Shown: positions 10,794 to 21,986, counted from the first letter of the stretch. The stretch: 64,000 bases of DNA from an uncultured delta proteobacterium (GCA_963727445.1 CAVSGI010000009.1:128001-192000), one strand, 5' to 3'. Translations and numbers: made by a program. Notes: a model not told the origin generated them from the letters alone.

Positions 10794-11414
10794 TCAGAGC
10801 GGCGTGTAGCGCAGCGTGTGGATGGTGCTTCGGTACCCGTGCCACTGGTTGTCGAAGTCGACGACGTCGGGGGGCGCGACTTCCGCCGGGGCGTTGGGCG
10901 CCATGCCGCCTTCGTAATCGACGACGATCTTGCCTGCCGGCACGCCATCGAGGCGTTCGAAGGTACGCTCGAGGAGCTTGCCTCCGTTCCAGCGCTCGTG
11001 GATGCGCTCGCCGTCGCGCTCGAAGGTCATCTCCGAGGAGCCGTCCACCGGCGGCTGGTTCGGCTGGAGCCAGGTCCGATGGACGTCGTAGAGCATGTAC
11101 TCCGGGGGGAAAGGCAGCTCGATGGTGACGAAGGTCTGCCAGTCGAAGTCCATCCCGTTCTGGGTCAGCACGAAGGCGCGCCCGCCGGCGGGTCCGAGGC
11201 CCACCATCGTCAGCGTGTTGTCCTGCTTCTGCAAAACGGCGTGGAACGAGCTCTCGCCTTCGGCGTGGTGGATCGTCACGTCCTGCTCGAGCGCCCACTG
11301 CCCCGGCAGGTCGGCTGGCATCACCAGGTGCGTCGGGTAGGGAGCCGCCTCCTGTGGTGGAGTCGTGGTTCCGCCACAGGCCGAGAGCAACACCAGAAGG
11401 AGCGTCGCGCGCAC
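10794..11414 (-). CDS. DUF3261-like lipoprotein (APE cluster-associated)
   Basis: Lipobox LSAC, LTMVGLGPAGGRAF and LPFPPEYMLYD; consistent gene context. Confidence 0.65.
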   Translation of the reverse strand: MRATLLLVLLSACGGTTTPPQEAAPYPTHLVMPADLPGQWALEQDVTIHHAEGESSFHAVLQKQDNTLTMVGLGPAGGRAFVLTQNGMDFDWQTFVTIELPFPPEYMLYDVHRTWLQPNQPPVDGSSEMTFERDGERIHERWNGGKLLERTFERLDGVPAGKIVVDYEGGMAPNAPAEVAPPDVVDFDNQWHGYRSTIHTLRYTPL

Positions 11415-11473
11415 TTCGCCCTCATATCACGAGCGGTTGCTCGGTGCTCGCCTCTCTGGAAGAGTCCCGGCCG

Positions 11474-11809
11474 ATGGCACGCCCCGATTTCGAGCTCGGC
11501 GAGGTGAGCGAGGCGGACGGCACCCACCGGATCCCGGTGCACGTCCCCACCGACCTCCGCTACCTCGAAGGCCACTTCCCCGACGACCCGATCGTGCCGG
11601 GCATCGCGCAGCTCGCCCTCGCCGAGCGCGCCGCCCGCATCACGCATGGCGACCTCGGTCCCACCAAGGGCGTGCGTCGCCTCAAGTTCAGCGCGCGCAT
11701 CGATCCCGGCGACGACCTCCGAATCGACATCACGCGCACTGGCGACAAGGTTCGCTTCATCATCGTTCGCGACGAGACCGAATGCTCACGCGGCACCATC
11801 CTCTTCTGA
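11474..11809 (+). CDS. Hot-dog dehydratase (ApeI/FabZ-like)
   Basis: LEGHFPDDPIVPGIAQL and LKFSARIDPGD. Confidence 0.85.
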   Translation: MARPDFELGEVSEADGTHRIPVHVPTDLRYLEGHFPDDPIVPGIAQLALAERAARITHGDLGPTKGVRRLKFSARIDPGDDLRIDITRTGDKVRFIIVRDETECSRGTILF

Positions 11810-11811
11810 AC

Positions 11812-12657
11812 ATGCAGCGCCTCCTTCCCCTCGCAATCCTCCTGCTCCTCACCGCTTGCGCCGGCCAGGGCGAAGCGCGGCTCGAGACGACGACCGTGAA
11901 CAGCGCGGCCATGCACACACGGATGCAGTACGCGGTCTGGACGCCGCGGGACTTCTCGCCCGAAGAGCGCCTCCCGCTGATCGTGTTTCTTCACGGGGGC
12001 GGCGACTCACCGCAGTCCTTCGATGAGCACGGCATCGGCCAGCGCCTCGACCAGGCCCTCGCCGAAGGCGACATCCCCCGCGTCGTCATCGTTCTTCCCG
12101 AGGGCGATCTCGGGTTCTGGGCGAACTGGGCCGACGGCACCCGTTACTACGAGGACTGGGTGATCTACGAGGTGATGCCCGAGGTCGCCGAGCGCTATCA
12201 CACCGCCCGCTGCCCCGAGGACTGCCACGTGATGGGCGTCTCCATGGGCGGCGCGGGCACCGTGCGCTTCATGTTCCATCACCCCGAGCTCTTCTCTTCG
12301 GCGGCGGTGATCAGCGCGCCCATCATGAACACCGCGGCGATGTTCGACTTCGTCGACAACCGCCTCTACAAGCTGCTCTTCCCGACGGAGCGCATCTGGG
12401 ACCATCCCCCGCGCGGCGTCGTCGAACGCGAGGATCCCTTCCTGGTGTGGGAGGAGCCGGAGGACCTGCCCATGCGCCTCTACCTGGCGTGGGCGAATGG
12501 CGACCGCGACCAGATCCGTCTCGGCGGCCAGCGCCTGGCCGAGCACCTCGAGGCGCACGACATTCCCCACGAGGGAGGGGAGTTTGAGGGCGGGCACAAC
12601 TGGGTGAGCTGGACGCCGGTGATCGTCGAAGCGATCGCCTTCGCCGCCGGCGAGTGA
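11812..12657 (+). CDS. Alpha/beta-hydrolase esterase lipoprotein
   Basis: Lipobox LTAC, FLHGGG, nucleophile elbow GVSMGG and GGHNW. Confidence 0.85.
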   Translation: MQRLLPLAILLLLTACAGQGEARLETTTVNSAAMHTRMQYAVWTPRDFSPEERLPLIVFLHGGGDSPQSFDEHGIGQRLDQALAEGDIPRVVIVLPEGDLGFWANWADGTRYYEDWVIYEVMPEVAERYHTARCPEDCHVMGVSMGGAGTVRFMFHHPELFSSAAVISAPIMNTAAMFDFVDNRLYKLLFPTERIWDHPPRGVVEREDPFLVWEEPEDLPMRLYLAWANGDRDQIRLGGQRLAEHLEAHDIPHEGGEFEGGHNWVSWTPVIVEAIAFAAGE

Positions 12658-12678
12658 GCCCGCCGCCGAGGGCCGGCG

Positions 12679-14013
12679 TCACCTCCTCATTCCAACAGAG
12701 GGGGCTCCGGCGTCGCCGAGCGCGCCCAGCGCGTCGAAGAAGACTCGCGCTTTGAGCTCCGTCTCGGCGACCTCGCGCGCGGGGACGCTCGCTTCCACGA
12801 GACCGCCCCCGGCGTGATAGACGACCTCGCCTCGCCGCACCTGTGCGGTGCGGATGGCCACCGCGAAGCGCGCGCCGCCCGCGCGGTCGATCATGCCGAC
12901 CGCGCCCGTGTAGACCTCCCGTGGAACATCTTCGAGCGCCTCGATGATCTGCATGGCGCGGATCTTCGGCGTCCCGGTGACGCTGCCGGGCGGAAAGGTC
13001 GCGGTGAAGACGTCGCAGAGATCGACTTCGGGCCGGGTACGGCAGTGGACCGTGGAGACCAGGTGCGACAGCCCCGCGTAGGGCTCGACGACCAGCGGCG
13101 ACTCCACCACCACCGTCCCCACGTCGGCGACGCGCCCGAGATCGTTGCGCATCAGATCGACGATCATCGAGTGCTCGGCGCGTTCCTTTTCGTCGCTCGA
13201 CAGGCGCGAGGCCTCGGACGCGTCATCGCCCTCGCGGGCGATGGTGCCCTTGATCGGCCGCGTCGAGAGCGCGCCGCCCGGACCTTCCCACGAGAGGAAG
13301 CGCTCCATCGTGCGTGCGAGGACGGCGTGCTCGCCGGTGTCGACGAAGTATCCGAGGGGCACCGGGCTCGCCTCGCGCATCGCGAGGAAGAGCGCGAGGG
13401 CATCGCCTTCGAAAGGCGCAGTGAAGCGGCGCGCGAGGTTGACCTGGTAGATGTCGCCGTCGGCGATGTGCACGAGCGCGCGCTCGATGGCGCGCACGTG
13501 GTGCGCCGGGTCCGGCGAAGTGACCGGTCCCACGCGCGCGGCCGGCGGCGGGAGCGCGCGCCCCGCGTCGAGACGCGCTTCGAGTCGCTCCACGGCCGCC
13601 GCGTCATCGCCCAGGAGCCACGATTCGCCAGCGCTGTCGTCCCAAGCGAGGACGGCGTCGTAGCGGCCGAGCCACGAGAGCGGAAGCGACGCGTCCCGCG
13701 GCAGGCGTGCTTCGTGGGCCGAACCGGCGTAAGCGGCATCGTAGGCGACGAAGCCCATCCACCTGGGCGCCATCCGGAAGCGAGAGTCGGGCGCCGTCGC
13801 GTCGGGCGCGCCGGTGTCTCGCAGAAGCGCGAGGGGCGCCGCCTGCCCCCAATTCGCGCGACGCACCTCCACCGGATCGGAGCCCACGTAGCTCATCCGC
13901 CCCTCCACCGGGTGGATCGGACCGCCATCCAGCCACGAAAGGCCCGGTCGGCGCCGGAGGGCCCGGGCCGCAGCGGCGGCGTCGAGGGGTGGCTGGAGGC
14001 GCTTCGCGAACAC
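12679..14013 (-). CDS. pabB: Chorismate-binding enzyme: aminodeoxychorismate synthase / anthranilate synthase component I family
   Basis: GDIYQVNL, TRPIKGT, KERAEHSMIVDLMRNDLGRV and FPPGSVTGTPKIRAM. The PIKGT motif favours PabB. Confidence 0.75.
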   Translation of the reverse strand: MFAKRLQPPLDAAAAARALRRRPGLSWLDGGPIHPVEGRMSYVGSDPVEVRRANWGQAAPLALLRDTGAPDATAPDSRFRMAPRWMGFVAYDAAYAGSAHEARLPRDASLPLSWLGRYDAVLAWDDSAGESWLLGDDAAAVERLEARLDAGRALPPPAARVGPVTSPDPAHHVRAIERALVHIADGDIYQVNLARRFTAPFEGDALALFLAMREASPVPLGYFVDTGEHAVLARTMERFLSWEGPGGALSTRPIKGTIAREGDDASEASRLSSDEKERAEHSMIVDLMRNDLGRVADVGTVVVESPLVVEPYAGLSHLVSTVHCRTRPEVDLCDVFTATFPPGSVTGTPKIRAMQIIEALEDVPREVYTGAVGMIDRAGGARFAVAIRTAQVRRGEVVYHAGGGLVEASVPAREVAETELKARVFFDALGALGDAGAPSVGMRR

Positions 14014-14049
14014 GAGCAGCGGACCTTAGCAGGACGGGGCGCGGAGAGG

Positions 14050-15501
14050 ATGCTAAGGAGCGCCGTGGCCCGCGTCCTGCCCCTCGCGCTCGCGCTCGCG
14101 CTCGCGACCGCCTGCTCCGGCGGCGACGCGCCGATGATCGACATCGCCATCGTCACGCCGGCGGGGGATTCGCCCCTCGAGGGCTTCGACACCATCGCGG
14201 TGACGGTGCGCCAGGGCGACGGTGAGGTGTTGACGAACGAGGGCACGGTGAACGCCGACGGCTTCGACGTCCCCGTGACGATCACCGACTACGCCATGCC
14301 GGTCGATCTCGCGGTGTCGCTCAGCGGCTCGGCGGGGACGGTTGTGGGGGGCGCGCCGACCTTCGTCCCCGGCGAGACCGGGCGGGCCGGTGACACGGCC
14401 GGCCTGGTGGTGGTCGCCGTCGGCCCCCCGCGCACCTGCGCCATCCTGCCCAACCTCACGCTCGAGGATCGACGACGCGACCTCGGCCTCAGCCGCCAGG
14501 GCTCCTTCGCCGCCGCCCTCGGCGGCTACGACGCCGCCGGTGCGAGCGACACCGCGAGCTTCCTCGATCTGTTGCGCCTCGGCTTCGAAGAAGAACCGGA
14601 GCCCACCACCTCGCGGCTGCCCGCGCTCCCCAATCCCCTCGGAGTGACGCGCGCCTACGGCTTCAGCAACTCCCGCGCGTTCGTCCTCTCGGAGCTGAGG
14701 CCGCCTTTCGTCTACGACATCACCGGGCGCTGTGACTCCTCGGACGCGGGTGACTGTTACGTGCGCTCGGTCCCCGCGGGTCTGCACAGCGGCGCCAGCA
14801 GCGCCTCGAGCGCGCTCGCGCTCTCCTCGGGAGGCGTGGTGGTGGTGGGCGGCGATCGCGACGGGACGCGCTCCGCGGAGGCCTCGTGGATCGACGGTGA
14901 GGGCCAGGCCACGCGCACCACCCTCCTCACCGGTCGCAAGAGCCCATTTCTGGTCGAGCTCGACGGCGGCGCCGTGCTCGTCGTCGGGGGCGAGCTCGGC
15001 GGGGACTACGCCGAGGTCATCTACCGCGATCGGCCGAGCGTCGCCGTCAGCGGCGGCCGCCTAGACGGCATCATCCGCGTGGGTGGCGCGCTCCACGCCG
15101 ATCCCTCCGGGCACAGCGCCCTCCTCGTCGGCGGCGAGACGCCGGACGAGCAGCTGATCGCCGAGACCGAGCTCTTCACCGGCTGCCCCGGGGCCTGCCG
15201 CATCGAGGCCGGCCCCTCCTGGGCGGCGCCCCGCATTCTGCCGACCCAGGTCCAGCGCAGGCGCGCCGGGGGCCTGTTGGTCGGCGGCGGCGACCCGCCG
15301 GTGACCACCGTCGACGCGATAATCTGGGCGGATCCGGCGACGGTGGCCTTCGAGAGCCACGGGACGCTCTCGGCGGCTCGGCGTGGCGCCGCGGCCCTCG
15401 CGCTGCCGAATGGTGTGGTTTTCGTGGCCGGCGGGACGGATGAATCCGGGCCCCGGCTCGACGTAGAGGTGTGCTTTCCGGATTCGGTCGAGTTACCCTG
15501 A
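14050..15501 (+). CDS. Kelch/beta-propeller-like lipoprotein
   Basis: Lipobox ATAC and repeated VLVVGG/VFVAGG blades. Confidence 0.6.
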   Translation: MLRSAVARVLPLALALALATACSGGDAPMIDIAIVTPAGDSPLEGFDTIAVTVRQGDGEVLTNEGTVNADGFDVPVTITDYAMPVDLAVSLSGSAGTVVGGAPTFVPGETGRAGDTAGLVVVAVGPPRTCAILPNLTLEDRRRDLGLSRQGSFAAALGGYDAAGASDTASFLDLLRLGFEEEPEPTTSRLPALPNPLGVTRAYGFSNSRAFVLSELRPPFVYDITGRCDSSDAGDCYVRSVPAGLHSGASSASSALALSSGGVVVVGGDRDGTRSAEASWIDGEGQATRTTLLTGRKSPFLVELDGGAVLVVGGELGGDYAEVIYRDRPSVAVSGGRLDGIIRVGGALHADPSGHSALLVGGETPDEQLIAETELFTGCPGACRIEAGPSWAAPRILPTQVQRRRAGGLLVGGGDPPVTTVDAIIWADPATVAFESHGTLSAARRGAAALALPNGVVFVAGGTDESGPRLDVEVCFPDSVELP

Positions 15502-15594
15502 GGGCCTCGGGCGAGGACAGCTTGTGGTGACTTCCGGGCGGCTCTTATGCTGCCGCCGCAGATCGAGGCCCCCCCACACCCTGGTCGCCTGACG

Positions 15595-17367
15595 ATGCTC
15601 CGAAAGCTCGAGAAGTACGAGATCCTCGACGAGATAGGCCATGGCGGCATGGCGACGGTCTATCGCGCTCGGGACTCCCGCCTCGACCGGCCGGTGGCGC
15701 TCAAGATCATGCACCCTCACCTCAGGGGTGCCCACGAGGCGCGCGTGCGCTTCACGCGCGAGGCCCAGAGCGTCGCGCGGCTCAAGCACGACAACATCCT
15801 CGAGATCTACGACAACTCGGATCCGGACTCCGAGGAGGCCTACATCGTCACCGAGCTCCTGACGGGACCGACCCTCAAGGAGTTCGCCGAGAAGAATCGC
15901 GAGATGCCGGCCGAGGTGGCGGCGTGCTTCGGGATCCTCATCGCCCAGGCCCTGGGCTGCGCGCACGAAGCCGGGATCGTCCATCGCGACGTCAAGCCGG
16001 AGAACGTGCTCCTGCACGAGGACCGCACGCTCAAGCTGACCGACTTCGGCATCGCCCAGATGATCGACTCGAATTCCTTCACGGCGACGGGTCAGATCCT
16101 CGGCTCGCCGGGGCACATGGCGCCGGAGCAGATCGAGTCGGGGAGCAGCGATCAGCGCACCGACCTCTTCGCTCTCGGCACCGTCATCTACTACCTGGCG
16201 ACGGGACGCCTGCCCTTCGAAGGGAAGAACCCGCATCAGGTGCTCAAGCGCATCGTCGACGGCGCCTACGCGCATCCGCTCCGCGTGCGACCGACGGTGG
16301 GCGGGACGCTCTCGCGGATCATCGAAAAGGCGCTCGCGACGAATCCGGACGATCGCTACCAGTCGGCCAAGGAGCTCGAGGACGACCTCACCCGCTTCGT
16401 GAGCGACATGGGGATCGACGATCCCGCGGCGCTCCTCGCGAAGTACATGAAGGATCCGGAAGGCGCAGCGGAGAAGATTCGCGAGACGACGATCGCGCGG
16501 CTCATCACCCTCGGCAAGCAAGCCACCGAACGCGGCGAGATCCCCGTCGCCCTCGACGCCTACAACCGGGTCCTCGCCCTCGACGATGGCAACGACAAGG
16601 TCCTCCACCTCATCGAGAACATCGGCAAGCGCGGGCGCAACAAGCAGATCCTGATGGGGACCGGCGTGGTGGTGGCTCTGGCGGCGATCGGGGCGCTGGC
16701 ATACGGGTGGGGCGGCAAGGGCCAGACGGTGGACGAGACCTCGGACGGGTCGGTGATGGTGGCGGGCGTCGAGGACGCGGCGGTGGACGCGGTGGGCGTC
16801 GAAGACGCGGCGGTCGTGGTGGCCGCCGACGCCGACGTCGACACCGGTCGTTCGGTGTCGGCGATGGGCATCGTCTCGAAGGTTCAGCCCCCGGTGCTGC
16901 GCGGGCCGCGCGAGGTGCTTCTTCTCCCCACGCCGGCGGACGTGGAGATCGCCATCGACGATCAGGAGTTCCGAGACTTCGGTCCCGACTTCCAGCATGT
17001 GACCCTCTCCCCGGGCCGGCACCGCGTCCGAATGCGCGGCACCTGCTGCGACGAGGTCGATTTCCCCTTCGTGGTCCCGCCGGGGCCTGCCAACGAGCCC
17101 ATTCGCCTGAGCCGCACCCTTCCCTTCAAGCCTGCCCAGCTGAACGTCATCGCCAGCGTCGAGGGCGAAGTCTCCGTGAATGGGGAGCGAATCGGGAACA
17201 CCCATACCTACAATCCGGTCCCGATGGAGCGGATGCAGGAGCGGGTGCAGATATCCGTGACATCACCGGGATATCGGGCGTATACAACCTTCCGGACCCT
17301 CAGAGCTGGCGAGCCCGAGACGGTCGCGGACGTCACGCTCGTGGAGGCCTCCGGGAGCTCGCCCTGA
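15595..17367 (+). CDS. Membrane Ser/Thr protein kinase with TM helix and PEGA-like extracellular domain
   Basis: IGHGGMATVY, VALK, HRDVKPEN, DFG and APE motifs. Confidence 0.92.
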   Translation: MLRKLEKYEILDEIGHGGMATVYRARDSRLDRPVALKIMHPHLRGAHEARVRFTREAQSVARLKHDNILEIYDNSDPDSEEAYIVTELLTGPTLKEFAEKNREMPAEVAACFGILIAQALGCAHEAGIVHRDVKPENVLLHEDRTLKLTDFGIAQMIDSNSFTATGQILGSPGHMAPEQIESGSSDQRTDLFALGTVIYYLATGRLPFEGKNPHQVLKRIVDGAYAHPLRVRPTVGGTLSRIIEKALATNPDDRYQSAKELEDDLTRFVSDMGIDDPAALLAKYMKDPEGAAEKIRETTIARLITLGKQATERGEIPVALDAYNRVLALDDGNDKVLHLIENIGKRGRNKQILMGTGVVVALAAIGALAYGWGGKGQTVDETSDGSVMVAGVEDAAVDAVGVEDAAVVVAADADVDTGRSVSAMGIVSKVQPPVLRGPREVLLLPTPADVEIAIDDQEFRDFGPDFQHVTLSPGRHRVRMRGTCCDEVDFPFVVPPGPANEPIRLSRTLPFKPAQLNVIASVEGEVSVNGERIGNTHTYNPVPMERMQERVQISVTSPGYRAYTTFRTLRAGEPETVADVTLVEASGSSP

Positions 17368-18293
17368 AACGCGGAATCGTCTTTGTGGCCTTCATCGGGA
17401 TCGTCGGCCTCGCCGACGTCGCCCAGGCCAGCGATTTCACCGAGTTTCAGGCCGCGCGCCAGCTCTATGAGGACGGGAACTACCAGGAAGCGGTCGGCGC
17501 CTTCGAGGACCTGGTGGGTGGCGCCGAGCCCCGGATCACGGACGTGGGCATCATCCAGGAGTCGCGAAAGTACCTGGGAGCCGCTCTCATCTTCGTCGAT
17601 CGCGAGGCCGAAGCCGTGGCCCAGTTCGAGCGACTGGTGCGCGACGACGAGCATCAGCGGATGCAGGCCGCCACCTTCACCCAGGATGTGGTCACGGTTT
17701 TCGACCGGGTGCGCGCTCGCGTGCGCCGGGAGCTGGCAGCCGAACGAGACGCCGAGGCAGAGCGCGAGCGGCACGCGCGGGAAGAGGAGATCGCGCGCCT
17801 GCGGGCCGAATCCGAGCGAACGCAGCGCCTGGTGGAGTTCGCGGCGACCAACGAAGTGCGCGAGGAGAACAGCCGCTTCGTCGCCGCCATCCCCTTCGGC
17901 GCGGGGCAGTTTCAGAACGGAAAGACGGGCCTCGGCTACTTCTTTCTCGCGTCCGAAGGGCTCTCTCTCGCTGGGAGCCTGTTGTCCCTCGGCATCCACA
18001 CCAGCCTCGACCCCGCCGCTTACGACGTGGGCTCGACCCCGGACGACCGCCGCCGCGCCCAGGCGGCCTTCGAAGGAGACGAGCGGGCGTGGCGCATCAC
18101 CAACTGGGTGACCACTGGCACTTTCGCCCTCATGGCGCTGATCGGCATCATCGAGGCCCAGCTCAACTTCGTGCCCTACGAGTCGAAGACCGAGCGACGG
18201 GAGATCCCCGAGGACCTGCTCCCCGAAGCCCTGTCCCCCGAGCTCGACGTCTCCATCGGCCCCACCGGCGCTTCGCTCCGCGTCACCTTCTGA
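17364..18293 (+). CDS. Secreted TPR protein with C-terminal hydrophobic segments
   Basis: Signal peptide followed by ARQLYEDGNYQEAVGAFE. Start uncertain (CTG 17364 or GTG 17385). Confidence 0.65.
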   Translation: MKRGIVFVAFIGIVGLADVAQASDFTEFQAARQLYEDGNYQEAVGAFEDLVGGAEPRITDVGIIQESRKYLGAALIFVDREAEAVAQFERLVRDDEHQRMQAATFTQDVVTVFDRVRARVRRELAAERDAEAERERHAREEEIARLRAESERTQRLVEFAATNEVREENSRFVAAIPFGAGQFQNGKTGLGYFFLASEGLSLAGSLLSLGIHTSLDPAAYDVGSTPDDRRRAQAAFEGDERAWRITNWVTTGTFALMALIGIIEAQLNFVPYESKTERREIPEDLLPEALSPELDVSIGPTGASLRVTF

Positions 18294-18327
18294 AACGAAT
18301 TCGGGGGTCGGGCGCAGAATCCACCCT

Positions 18328-18374
18328 GATCCGCCTTGACACCCCCCGGACCTTGGGCAATCTTCCCGCTCCCC
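18328..18374 (+). promoter_or_regulatory. Sigma70-type promoter of rpsL-rpsG
   Basis: TTGACA 18336-18341, 16-bp spacer, CAATCT 18358-18363 and a C-rich discriminator; near-identical copy before tuf. Confidence 0.7.
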
Positions 18375-18425
18375 AAACGCCGGGGTGGGCCGGAGTGCCC
18401 CTGTTCATCGCGAGATTATTAGAGA

Positions 18426-19312
<887 letters not shown>

Positions 19313-19334
19313 GATTCGAGCCGTCGCGCTGACG

Positions 19335-19367
19335 AACCCCGTCCGAGACATCGGGCGGGGTTTTTTC
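19335..19367 (+). terminator. Intrinsic terminator after rpsG
   Basis: AACCCCGTCCGA-GACA-TCGGGCGGGGTT stem followed by a T run. Confidence 0.8.
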
Positions 19368-19377
19368 GTCCGACGCG

Positions 19378-19983
19378 TCACCAGCAGCTGTTCCAGCAGT
19401 CCTGGACGAGCTCCGTGGTGTCCGAGCCGCAGACCTCACCGCTCCACTCGGTGTAGTCGCCGATGCAGCTGCACCAGGTGCAGCTCGGCGGGGCATCCGG
19501 CTGCTGGTCGTAGTCACCGCCCCCGCCGCCGCTCGTGGTCGGACCGTCCGAGACGTCGTCGTCCCCGCAGGTCTCGGGGAACTCGTCGCAGCAGCAGGCA
19601 CCACCGGGCTGCCAACACGCCGAGATCGTCGACGGATCGACCGCTCCCGTACACCAGAGATAGCGCTCGTCCGCCACGTAGCCGCAGTCGTTCTCGGCCG
19701 AGCGGCGGTAGCTGTCGCCGCACTCCTGGGCGGTGATCGGATCGGCGCCCATCTCGATGCATCCGTCGTACCCACACTCGTACATCGCGTCCTCGTACTC
19801 CGCGGTGCACACGTACAGACCGGTGAGGTCGCATGGGTCTTCGCCCACCAACGCCGCGTGGCTCTCGCCCGACGCGCGCCGGTCGATCGTCATGGCGCCG
19901 TTCGTCGGGCTCGAGACCTCGCCCATGCAGCCGGCGAGGACGGATGCGATCATCAGCGCTCCCCAAAAAGTAGAGTTCGTCAT
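19378..19983 (-). CDS. Cys-rich lipoprotein
   Basis: AAAGGAG RBS, lipobox LAGC and many Cys residues. Confidence 0.7.
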   Translation of the reverse strand: MTNSTFWGALMIASVLAGCMGEVSSPTNGAMTIDRRASGESHAALVGEDPCDLTGLYVCTAEYEDAMYECGYDGCIEMGADPITAQECGDSYRRSAENDCGYVADERYLWCTGAVDPSTISACWQPGGACCCDEFPETCGDDDVSDGPTTSGGGGGDYDQQPDAPPSCTWCSCIGDYTEWSGEVCGSDTTELVQDCWNSCW

Positions 19984-20226
19984 CTGGTGACTCCTTTCGT
20001 GGTGAACGCAGAGCAGCTCTCGTACCAACGCGCACACCGCGTCACTTCGGAGTCCCTGGGGCCGGCCCGAGCAAGCATTGCGTGAACGCGCAGCCCGCGG
20101 GGCGCCCTGCTTCGGTCTATTCCCGCAGATCGATCGGCGCAGCCTCCGCTACTCGAGACGCGGTTCGACGCACGGATCCGCGAGCGCGTCGCCGCACGTG
20201 CGAGGCGGCGCGGTAGCATCGAGCTC

Positions 20227-20919
20227 ATGCCCTGGACCGAAGTCATCATCGAAACGAAGACCTCTCCGGACGAGCTCTTGCTGCTCGAGACGGTGGCGCC
20301 GCTGGTGGACGAGCTCCGGCCGGCGCTCGCGGCGTGGCACTTCTTCTGGGAGCCCGATCTCTGGGTGCGGCTCCGGTGGACGGATTCCGCGCACCGAAGC
20401 GAGCACGAGGCGTGGCTCGAGCGGCGCCTCGAGGGCGCGCAGAAGGAAGGGCTCGTCGACGCGTGGCGCTTCGGCGCTTATGCGGGCGACGCGGAGATGA
20501 TGGGCGAAGAGATGTGGGCGCGCTGCGAAGGCGACTTCATGAACAGCGCCGAGATGGCCCTCGCGGTGCTCCGGCACGAAAAGCAGAGCGACCTCTCGAG
20601 GCACCGCGGCTTCCACTGGGCGCGCCACGTACACACCTTCTCGAATCCACTCGTCGGCACCTGGACCGAGGAGGTGCGGCTCTGCCTGCTCCAAGCCCGC
20701 TACCGGATCCGTCTGCTCGCGCGCGCCAAGGAGATCGAGTCGCAGGCGGCCCGCCTCACCGAGATGGTGGCGAAGATCGAGGAGACGCTCGCGGGCATGG
20801 ACACTGTCGAAGCCGTGGAACGCCATGTCACTTCCGGCTGGCGCGCCAAAGGACGCCCCGACATCGCGACGCTCCTGGATCTACCCGACGACTTCCATCG
20901 CGACCCGGGCGAGGAGTGA
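20227..20919 (+). CDS. Stand-alone lantibiotic dehydratase C-terminal (Lant_dehydr_C/SpaB_C)-like protein
   Basis: LLLETVAPLVDEL, WHFFWEPDLWVRLR and Y....E..G..MWARCEGDFMNSAEMAL resemble the PF14028 pattern. Confidence 0.55.
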   Translation: MPWTEVIIETKTSPDELLLLETVAPLVDELRPALAAWHFFWEPDLWVRLRWTDSAHRSEHEAWLERRLEGAQKEGLVDAWRFGAYAGDAEMMGEEMWARCEGDFMNSAEMALAVLRHEKQSDLSRHRGFHWARHVHTFSNPLVGTWTEEVRLCLLQARYRIRLLARAKEIESQAARLTEMVAKIEETLAGMDTVEAVERHVTSGWRAKGRPDIATLLDLPDDFHRDPGEE

Positions 20920-21435
20920 GCCGCCCAAGGCCACCCCGAGGTTCAGGGCGTGACGTCGAAACGAAACTGCAGCGGGGGGTCGAAGGTCTGAGGGACCGGC
21001 ACCGGCGCGTGGGGCCGGAGCGCCTCGCGGACGAAGACCGACCCGACGATCCCGTCGTTGCTGCTGGGGCAACACCTACGAGGTCCCCTTCTCCGACCGC
21101 AGCGTGCGAACACCCATGGAGATACGGCTGGAGCCGATGCCTTGATCCCGGATCAGCGAGCCGGCCATGCTCGAGGCCCACATCGGGTGGCCAGGGCCTC
21201 GTCGTCTCGGCGCCGGTCGGGCGCGGGCTTTCGGACATCGGCGTAGCGCAGCATCGAGTCTGTCACCCCGTTGGGGGGACACCTGTCGGCGGATGAAACG
21301 CATGGCGACGCGTGAGCGGTTTCGAAGCCGCGCCACGGAGATCGTTCGAGTGGCGATGCCGCTGATCCGGCGGGAGCGGCGGCCCGACTCCGCCGCGCGG
21401 GCCCGAAGAGGCGACCCTTGACGCTAGACTTGGCC

Positions 21436-21813
21436 ATGGCGCGCGGCCTGACCTGGTTGTGCATCCTTGCGTGCGCAATCGGATGCGGGGAGCACGCGGA
21501 CAAGATCCCTTCTTCGGATCGAGAAATCACTTCGCCCTCCGACGCTGCGTGCCCCACCGACACCGGCTATCTCTCGGGCTACTTCGAATGCCACACCGAC
21601 GAAGATTGCCTCGCGCACTACGCGCCCATCTCCACCGCGGGGACGCTTCACTACATTTGTTTCGAGTGGCAGTGCCACAGCGCCGATTACTGCGTTCACA
21701 CCAATGCGGGCGCGCCCGACTACTGTGCGTGTGGCACCGACGATTGCCGATACCCCGATGTCTGCGTGGAGTTCAACGGAGTGATTTCGTGCGAGTCGCG
21801 GTGCGGGCCATAG
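21436..21813 (+). CDS. Small Cys-rich lipoprotein
   Basis: Lipobox AIGC and ECHTDEDC-type motif; lower GC than flanking DNA. Confidence 0.6.
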   Translation: MARGLTWLCILACAIGCGEHADKIPSSDREITSPSDAACPTDTGYLSGYFECHTDEDCLAHYAPISTAGTLHYICFEWQCHSADYCVHTNAGAPDYCACGTDDCRYPDVCVEFNGVISCESRCGP

Positions 21814-21986
21814 GGCCGCGCGTCGAAGGAATCCGACGAGTGGCGACACGTGCTTGCGACGGAGTCACGACCCTCGACATCGGCGGGGCGGCCGCGCCCA
21901 CCTGCGCACTACCATCACCGCGACGGAGACCCACAGGCTCTTCAGTCGGAAGCGCAGTATCGGCCTTACTGACGCGGCGCCCGAGA

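Noticed and set aside
20920..21420. Short ORFs in this interval
   Set aside because: No recognisable motifs, RBS or consistent frame; possibly a decayed fragment.
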